From the human T2T-CHM13v2.0 reference genome, Homo sapiens, in NCBI RefSeq assembly GCF_009914755.1, contig NC_060926.1: a stretch of DNA of 64,000 bases; one strand, given 5' to 3'. The first letter of the stretch is position 1; each line of letters begins with the position of its first letter. Under the pieces are notes generated by a model. That model was not told the origin of the DNA. It was given only the letters and a program-made list of their open reading frames with translations, and did not search any database. Shown one piece after another: positions 55,290 through 64,000 of this stretch. A program made the translations under genes and the position numbers.

Positions 55290-55680
55290 TTGTCCAGCAA
55301 GACAATGTGCCATCATGGTGACAGCAGTAAAAGAATTTGAAAATCTCTAATTAGGAGAGCTGCACACCAATTAACGCATGTCAAATTTCACTTCATCAAG
55401 TGCCACTCTAATTTTCCCTCTAAAAATTAATGGATTTTTTTTCTTTTGGTATGTGTGTGTGTCCCCTTAAGGCAATGTTGATTCAAATCTGCTCGAGATG
55501 CAGTGTTGCACAGCTAAGCATCTTCTTGATTACAATCCGCCACACTTCTAACTGCGCTCATTCGCACTGCCACGGATACTTTGTCAACAGTCAAATTACA
55601 CCACGCTGATAACAATGCATAATGGTGTTCCTCCTCCAGTCCCCTGTCAGGAGAGGGGCTTCATAAAAATGTGATGTTTT
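55290..55680. promoter_or_regulatory. Candidate conserved non-coding enhancer
   Basis: CTAATTAG, CAATTAA, TGTCAA x2, TGACAG/CTGTCA, TTAATGG, ACAATG and locally retained CpGs. Confidence 0.5.
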
Positions 55681-55761
55681 CTTCTCAACTGTATCTAAAG
55701 GAAGTTTGTATGACCAGGTCCCCAGTCAGGTGTTGATTTTTAAAATTAGTTTGTTAATTTC

Positions 55762-55797
55762 AAAAAAAAAAAAAAAAAGAAGAAGAAGAAGAAGAAG
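55762..55797. repeat. Poly(A) followed by (GAA)n
   Basis: Seen directly. Confidence 0.9.
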
Positions 55798-58521
55798 CAA
55801 ACTGATGGCATATAAAAAGTCCTCATTGAAAAAAAAATCAGCAAAGAATGAGGAATGGAGAATATCTATGGCCAAAGTTTTGCTTAAACACTTTGTTCTG
55901 AGACATTTTCAAGAGCACTATTCTTGGTTAAATACCAGATTTTTTTTTTCTTTACTTATGGTCTATAAACATTGGAAGCCTCTCTTGAACAGACTGTATT
56001 TAGATTGTGCTAGAAGTTTGTTTAACTGCCATATTTGCCAGAATCCTCAAAACATCACAGGACATAGAAGACAAATGACTTTGTGTGTTGCGGGGAGGGG
56101 GGTGGGGGGGAGTGCGTAAGGGGGTCAGGACTGTATATTCCAGATAAATGTTGATTCACTTTTAACTATTTTTTATCCTAGTTGCTTGTTGCAGATTGGT
56201 GTGTCTGAGGCATCAGCACGCGTGGTAATATTTCTCACTGAAAAATGAAAGAAAGAAATGTAGTGATTAGAAGATGATTTTACATTTAGTCTTTTTAGAG
56301 ATTATTTAGATTTCTTATTTTTCAAAAACAATCAGAACCAGAACAAAAACAAGGAAATTAAACAAAATTTTAAATATATTCTCTCATAGATTCTTCAGGG
56401 AGTAGAGAACATTCACACGGGTTGACATCCCAGTTTTCTCAGCATGTAAGCATATTGTAATCCTATTTATTCACTAAAAATTTAAATTCATGAGATCTAC
56501 ACTTTATTTTCTTTAATCTGCAGGCCGAATACAGCTTCTTATTCACTGATGACTAACTCAAAATTTTAAAACGATATTTTTAGGTTTGTATTTCCGAATA
56601 TTAAAAGTGTCTTCCTTATCTTATGGCCCCACCCCAGCATGTTCTTAAGTGGTCTATTTCAAACAAAAGAAAATGACATCCCCCTTTCAACTAGCCAAAC
56701 ATTAGATTCTCTCAGAACTGATTGGGGGTTCACTAGAAGTTTTGCAATTAGATTCATACAAATTGAATTATTTTCTTTTTTTCCAAACATCGTTCTTAGA
56801 ACTTTATAAATATAGCAATACTGGCTTCACAGTTTCATGTGGCTCGTTTACAAATAAAGGTATTTTAATAAAACCAAGTTCTGTGTACCTTTGAAAAACA
56901 AAAAGCTGGAACAATCTCACATTAAAACATTACAAAAGGATTGTAAAGGGAAATTTAAAGGGAGAAAACTTGATCATATAATGCAATCCAGCAGTAATCA
57001 ATTTTACCTTCAATATCTTGCTTTTGTTTTCAAAATGCTAAATAAACAATACATAATGCATCCCTCATCAGCCAAACCATGGAGGCTCTGTGCTCAAATA
57101 ACAGGAAACATATTCAATTTTCCTAACAGAAGACAGTTCATTAAGCTGTGCCACATCAAATAAAACTTTAATTTCTCCAGCATCAGAGTCGCAATGAAAG
57201 CAATTGAAGAAGATGAGCCATATGGTACTTCTATCAGCAAACACATATTGCTCATTCCCCCAAAGTTTTCTAATTCTGCTCCCCAGACCTGTGTAATATA
57301 GATAATGTGCTCCGAGAGCAGCAACCATGAGCTATCTAGTGTACACTTCCAATACTGTATTTAATGGGAAATAATGAATCATAAAAGCCTAGAGAAGACG
57401 GCTTTTGCTAACCTAAATCTCAGCTGTAATTTCATTGTTCTGTGCCTAAGATGCTGTTTGCCCTTTCCAAACAACAGCAGTTGAACATAATTATGCTGCT
57501 TCGAAGCTGGGTTTGAAAAAGCATCCCTAATATAACCAACTTTCTATTAACTCCTGAAATTCTGAATTTAATGATGCACTGATACAGGCATTGAGATAAC
57601 CAAGCATGTGTCATTTAAAAATCCAAACAGCATTTTTCTCCTTCTTCTCTTTGGTCAGACTGCTCAATGCTTTTACGCTTCCTCCTCCGCCCCCTGCTTG
57701 CGTCCATCCCCCACCCCACACCCCACCCCATGCAACAGGAGTGGCATGATTAAAAATGATGAGATTTTCTTGTTATTAGCAAATTTGACATTTGCCTGAT
57801 GAAATGCACATAAAATGTGAAAGCTACACAGTACTCAGAAGAATGTCTCCACTCCAATCCTAGCTACCAAGATGAAATAATTTAGGTAAAGGAAATGTAA
57901 AGGTCCTTGTACATCTCTTGCTGCAGAATGCTAGGGTTGCGTTATAAATGAAAGAACCAAATATTGCTGAGCTTTTAGAGTGATAGTATTTTGACACATG
58001 TGAAGCACATAGTGTTTCTTCTCTCACCTTAGCTGCTTTGACAATTTACTTAAACATAATACACATGCTCAAAAGCAGCAATTTACATGTCGTGAGCCCA
58101 GCCTTTCTCTGGTTTGAGATCTTGGGGCTGGGGCTTTGTTCATTTTTAGGAAAAAATGTTGCTTTTTCCTCTAACTAGGTCAATAATTCCAGCTTTTCCA
58201 TTTTTAAAGCTTATCAAATCATTATTTTACCAACATGATGCTAATTTAGAACATCATCAGATAACACCGTGGATACATATTGAAAACATATTTTAATGGT
58301 TTTGTTTGTTTTGGCATCATATGAACCAAGAACAATTAAATTAAAAAGAGACTTTTAAAAGTTAGAGATTGCCTTTTTAAAGCTTATTAAAATCAGCATG
58401 TTAACATGCCTGTCTCTGAATTAGCTCTCACACTTGATTGCCATCATTAAAACGAGTTGTTCGGGTGCTGCTCAAAGCCGATTCTTACTAGTTATTAACT
58501 TGAAATCTCTTTCCATTGAAA

Positions 58522-58524
<3 letters not shown>

Positions 58525-58554
<30 letters not shown>
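58525..58554. repeat. A30 homopolymer
   Basis: 30 consecutive A with no retroposon body upstream. Confidence 0.95.
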
Positions 58555-58558
<4 letters not shown>

Positions 58559-58699
58559 TCTCACTAGTGGAAGAAACAGTCACCAAAACATGAACTAGCA
58601 CAGCAAGCCAGCAACATTAAACCACGAAAAGACCAACAGGTAAAATAACTACAGTAACATCTAAAACACACTCAGGGAAAAAAAAAAATCACAACAACA

Positions 58700-59560
58700 A
58701 CAAAGAAGCAGTTCATTGATTATATTTCATGAATGCCTTAAAACAAATGTTTAAACAGTTTTCTGAAACAGTGCAGAAAACCTCTGCATGCTCCACTGGG
58801 TTGCAATGACAATGGTCTATTGCAATGTAAAACACGCTGGAGGATAAAAAGGTGCTTTTTGTTACCATTTTATCAAAGCTGTTCATCTTCGAGCTGCAGG
58901 CAGCATTTTGCTGGAATTGCAGATATTTCTCTGTCCAGGCTTCTTTGTTTGTGCATCTCATTTGCATATATTTATCTCCAGCTGAGGGTGCGTTCTGCTC
59001 ATTAAGGCCTCCCTTCACATTATTTCATAAGCCAGCTGCTGAGAGGGATTTCACCTGTGGTGACTGAGAAAAGAGGGGTGAAAAACTAAATTCTTCATAA
59101 AAAGGAAATCTTCAGAGTCTCTTCCCCTATAAATGGGCACCATTTGTGTTAAACAGCCTCTTGTCATGATAGATGCCTCCAGAGGTCAGGGGTTAAAGTT
59201 GATTTGAAGGTCAGCAGTAAAACAACAGACAAACCAGACGCCAAACTGGTTCCTTAGCTGTCGGTGGGAGCTGTGGTACAACCAGGTCTTGAACCTTTTT
59301 CAACCTCTAATAAAACAGGGGATGAATCTGAAGTGGATCAACCAGGCCCCTGAGGAAGCAGCACAGAAAAACACAAATAATATCAATATCAGGCAGCCAC
59401 AGGGAAACAATGGGGCATTTCTCCGTGCTACATGCATGCTGCTATTGTTTCAAGGGCTGGGGAATTAATTCCACTTATTTATTTAAGGCGTGTCAACTCA
59501 CTGCCTAAACCTGTTTCAGTGTCAAGATGGATAAAACTTTTATGGCTCATAAAATAGAGC
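58700..59560. promoter_or_regulatory. Candidate enhancer block (POU octamer, E-boxes, Sox, Fox)
   Basis: ATTTGCAT 58960-58967, CAGCTG 58979-58984 and 59033-59038, CACCTG 59052-59057, ACAATGG/CTATTGTT and TGTTTAAAC. Confidence 0.45.
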
Positions 59561-59587
59561 CATTCATCTCAATGTTCTTTGTGGTGG

Positions 59588-59634
59588 GTTTTCTTTTCTT
59601 TTCTTTTCTTTTCTTTTCTTTTTTCTTTTTTTTT
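59588..59634. repeat. (TTTTC)n simple repeat
   Basis: Seen directly. Confidence 0.9.
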
Positions 59635-60549
59635 CTGGCATACTGAGCTAGACCTCTGCTCTGAAACGGTTACATCTGAACCCATTGCTGCTATGATCCA
59701 CACCATTTAAAAAAAAAAAATTATTTCACTGGCAAATGGATCTCAACAGAAATGACACAGGGAAGCATTTTAGCTACGATGTAATAGCTCCAAAAATTCT
59801 TCTAAACAGTCTGCATGCAGTTGCATCTGTTTTGAGCATGCATTATTTACAAAGCAGAAGTTTTACTATTTTAGAGGAAAAGTTCAAAAGAGATAGCAGT
59901 AAAGATATTAGTTTTCTAGAATACTATGTCACATATTTCATTTTACTTTAGAAATGCAACCTTGTTAGGATAGCTCTTTCCCATTCATCATTTTTTGCCC
60001 AAGTTTCCACTGTTCCGTAGTCAGCTTATACTGATGTAATAATCAAATGCCTTCTTTAACTTGACTGCTCAGAATTTTATGTTTAATTTTCTGCATAAAA
60101 TAGCACACATAAATGGAAAAGAAAATGCATTTATATGCTTTTTGTATTATACATTTTTTAAAAGTTCAGTTATAGAATTAATTTTACTTTTGATTTTCTG
60201 ACAAATGACTTTAATAATAATATAAATAAACAGGTTAACATTTCTAAAGTGCCACACACAATGTGAAGCACATGTATTTTCTCATGCAATTATTAATTCA
60301 ATCTAAGTCACACAGGTCCACTTAGAATGGACTGTAATAACACTCTTTATTATACACAACATATTTTAGTTGAAACAAAATGTTCCAGTCACACAATATC
60401 ATCACCGTAGTAGATCATTATAGCTTTAACAGATGACATCATGGGAACACAGTTGCTTTATATTGAAATGAGTAAAAAGAAGCAATTTGATGATATTTCA
60501 CAAATTTTCTAATCACAGCCTCAGCCATGTATATTACACGTTTTTGCTC

Positions 60550-60564
60550 CATTGTAATGTAAAT
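60550..60564 (+). promoter_or_regulatory. Sox-POU composite motif
   Basis: CATTGTAATGTAAAT fits CATTGTNATG(C/T)AAAT with canonical spacing. Confidence 0.45.
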
Positions 60565-62659
60565 TGATTTGTGGAGGATTCACTTACTGTCTTATCCTAG
60601 TTGCTTTGTTTTTGAGTTCTCTATTGAATATTGTAGACTTTACATATGATGCTAGATTATTTCTGATGTAGTCAGTTGGTAGGTAAGTGTTTTCCCACAT
60701 GAACTCAAGTTTTTCCAGTAAGTAGATCATTTGAGAATGGCTCCAAATAAAAGTGGTGCTTTCACATTTTGCTGGTACACAAACATATGGCCCTGAGGAA
60801 GACGGATTCATTTTGGGGTGCTAAGCACTGCTCAAGATGTAAGTGCTTTTTATTTCCCATTTGAACTGGTGCATGCACCTTACAGATGGACCAGTTGCTT
60901 TACATACTGGTGGCCCATTTACAAAGCAGCCCTGTTTGAAAACAGATGCTTTCAAGTGGGTCACCAGGCTCTAAGAAAAATATTTAAACCCTTAATTATT
61001 GGCTTTTGGTCGTCTATGGCAATGTGTTCTCATTTAAACATAGAGCAGGGGATTTTTCTTCTATAACCAATTACAGTTTAAAAAATGCAACGAATCTTGC
61101 TTCACACAAGGAGCTTAACTTGTGGTTGGAGAAATTTTCCAACTTATTAAATGTTGTTTATATCCTCATTTTTGTCTTCCCAAAGCATTTTATAACTCCC
61201 TCTGTAACTGACTTATCAATTTTCTTTCTGACCTTTCATATTAAATTTAACCACACCCCCACCCCCAAACCCAGAGCCTCCAAGCAACTAGCCTAGAGCA
61301 AAAATATACAATTTACTCTCTCCATATCTCCACCGACGTCTTTCGTTTTTCTTGTACTCTAATCTAATCGGTAATTCGTAAGCTTTGGCCAAATAGTTAA
61401 AAATGTTAAGTGCTAGCAAAGCCTTTTACCTCCCCCTCAGATCTGTCTCTGTTTATGGAATGGGTCCCAGTTTCCTCCTCTTCTCCTTCAGCCTGGGGTC
61501 TTCAGGTCAGAACACAGTAAATACACACAGCCCTTGCTGGACCCATAAATCTGAGCAAAGGGCAGGCCTATATATTCAGATAAGCAGGGGCAGAGATAGG
61601 GGCTTGAAAGGAGGGAGAACTAGCGGAGTCTGAGGCTCTGCAGCCCTGTTCAGAGAACTGAACTCAAAAGACCAAGAATCCTTAGTGCAGAAGGAGGAAT
61701 TTTGCCTTGAAACATCTCCCCTTATTTCTAATGGATGAGATTGGCACTGCTTCCTCTTCGTTTATTTTATTTTTTCCACATTGCTTATATTCACATCCTT
61801 ACCAAATGTATTATCTTAAAGGCAATCAAGTTAAACAATAAATTTAATTTATTTCCAATGTCTTTTTTTCTTAAGTGTGTTTGTGTTTTGACCTGTGTGT
61901 GTGTGTGTATATCAGTGATATGAACTGAAGTCATTTTACTAGAAAGTCTTCTCTACTGTAATTTTTCAGTCCCAAAGTTTTTGACTGTATAACTGTATTC
62001 TTACTGACCACATTGAATCCCCAAGAAAAATACCTCTAAAGGAGGAATGACAAAGTGACAAATAAATGCTTACATATCCTTCAGTCTTCCAGGCTTCTAT
62101 TTTATTCCTGGGTTCAAATATTTTCTGTTGGATTTTCACTTCTTGAAATTTTCAGTGACTCCTGGAAGACCACCCTTCTTGGGGGATGTACCCATTGTGA
62201 CCACAGATAATGTCACCATGGAAAATCCTGGGCAAGATGACCATGGCTGAGAAGGTCCTTTCTATCACACTTGACAGAATCACTACCTGATTCTTCTTTA
62301 GATGCAATGAGTCACACCACAGATTCGTCTGGGTCATTTCAGACTCCAGGAAAATGTGTCACTCGATTTGTTTCCGAGCAATGTTTTGTATTTTATTGTA
62401 TACATGTATATCTAATTGTAATCTGATTTCTCTAGGTTATTCTTTTTGGCTAATAGAGAATAGATTTTTAAAAAATGCTAATTCATGTTCCTCAAAAGGG
62501 GCTTCTTTTTTTCTTTTCCTCGGTTGAAAAGTTAGTGATAATTCCAGGTAATTAAGAACATTTTATGGAAAAAAATTGCCAAGAAAGTAATTGGGCTGGG
62601 AGCCCAGTGTGTTACACCTACACTAGAGCCTCATTTTTGACAAATCTCTGAAATGATAA

Positions 62660-62890
62660 CAATAATGATAATAATCATTATGTATCGTTTATCAAGCACT
62701 TACTTTTGGTAAGCAATGTACTAGGAACTTAAGATATATATTAATTTTTGTCTTTACAAGTGGTAAGTGATGTACTACTCTATAGTCTCAATCTTATAAA
62801 TGAAAAAAACCCTCCGATTTGAAAAGTAAAGAAACTTAATCCAGAACACACATGGAAGCCCAGAATTTGAAAGTGGTTTTGGCTGCAGAG
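62660..62890 (-). mobile_element. MIR SINE
   Basis: TTTATCAAGCACTTACT..TGTACTAGGAACTT, diverged core TTATAAATGAAAAAAAC, CCAGAATTTGAA. Confidence 0.65.
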
Positions 62891-63274
62891 GGCTGTCTTC
62901 TGAGCTGCCTCTCCATAGCCTCAGGTTCTGCATCTTCAGGATGAGTGTCTTGGGTGGGAGGGTGTCTATGTAGTGGTGATCTTCCATGGCCAGTTGATTT
63001 TCTCCCGCCCCTACTCTCCTGAGCCTAGCCTTGGCATTTTCAATAGCTCTCTGGCATCTGGGCCTGTCTCTCAAAGACCTTCTGGACCACATGTCTGAAA
63101 CGGAACTCACTGATTCTCTAGCTGCCATGTCTCTACTCTGTGATCCATGTGATGTTTAATGGGAGGGAGTACCCTCGATTCTGTAGTCCGAACTTAAGGC
63201 TCTCTAACTACCTACCTTTTTTCACCTGTCATGATTATCATCCAACCTGGCAGAGAAGTGACCTGTGCAGGAGG

Positions 63275-63425
63275 CATTACAGTCTGACCACCTGGGTTTG
63301 AACCCTGACTTCCCTGTTTACCAGCTGTGCAGTGCTGGACAAGTTACTTTACTCCTCTGCGCCTTGATTTTTTTCATCTGTAAAATGGAGTCTAAAATAT
63401 TATTTATTTTATAAGGTTGTCTAGT
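63275..63425 (+). mobile_element. MIR SINE
   Basis: CCTGGGTTTGAACCCTGAC..ACCAGCTGTG..GGACAAGTTACTTTACTCCTCTGCGCCTT..TCATCTGTAAAATGG. Confidence 0.85.
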
Positions 63426-63539
63426 TCAGATTGTTGGTAATGTTTGACAGAACTATTAAAATAGCCTTCAGGCTGCTGTTTCTGCAGTGAGGCTCCTCCT
63501 TCCATAATCCAGCCCCTCTGGATTACAGAATAAAATAAA

Positions 63540-63990
63540 TAATAAACATGATAATTTCCTGCTTAAAAATCTTTAAGACTCCCTATTGCCCTCAGGTCGA
63601 ACTATTGAATCAGGAAAAGGCTTTCATTATTTTCCTCCAACTGCCCTTTCCAGAGTCATTTTCCACCATGACCCTCTAAGCAATTTCCACTCTAGCAGCA
63701 AAAAATTATACATATGATGTTCTTTTATTTCTCCAGACTTTTGACTGTGCTGTGCTCTCTCTATCAGGAATGCCCTTCCTTTCAATTTCCATGTAGCAAA
63801 AGTACATTTATCTTGCATGGCTCAGTTCAAAAGACATTTTTTTTTTAAAGGCAGCATAAATTGAGACAGTCACTTCTAGAATGCATTCCTCTGTTTTAGA
63901 ACCTAGTATGTTGATAACAATCATATGCATGGTAATTATTTGTCTACCACTAGGCTGTGGACTGCTGTGGGGAGGGACTATGTTTTTTTA
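63540..63990 (+). mobile_element. L2 LINE 3' fragment
   Basis: CCTGCTTAAAAATCTTTAA..CTCCCTATTGCCCTCAGG, GGAATGCCCTTCC, CCACTAGGCTGTGGACT..GAGGGACTATG. Confidence 0.65.
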
Positions 63991-64000
63991 AACTTAATAT

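Noticed and set aside
55706-56119. 137-aa ORF with a KKKKKKRRRRRR NLS-like run
   Set aside because: The basic run is simply the translation of the poly(A)/(GAA)n repeat.
59257-59268. GCTGTCGGTGGG resembling the 3' half of miR-181b
   Set aside because: The AACATTCA seed is absent and no precursor hairpin is evident.

Overview
Primate (most likely human or great ape) non-coding genomic DNA; no protein-coding gene can be supported and I cannot name the locus. The first ~45 kb is rich in interspersed repeats: a full-length, TSD-flanked but inactivated L1PA4-like LINE-1 (1616-7709, minus), an older L1PA element with an intact 5' end whose 3' end is replaced by an inverted ~290-bp copy of its own interior (15364-21540), plus Alus, MIRs, L2, MaLR/ERVL LTRs and DNA-transposon fossils. 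All ORFs with recognisable homology are decayed L1 ORF1/ORF2/ORF0 pieces. In contrast, ~45.1-62.6 kb has no transposon I can confidently recognise and holds several blocks dense in homeodomain/TALE/Sox/POU/E-box motifs, plus a well-formed 52-nt plus-strand candidate exon. This suggests (inference) a cluster of conserved developmental enhancers, possibly inside a long plus-strand transcript. Repeat subfamily names and most repeat boundaries come from recall of consensus sequences and are approximate.
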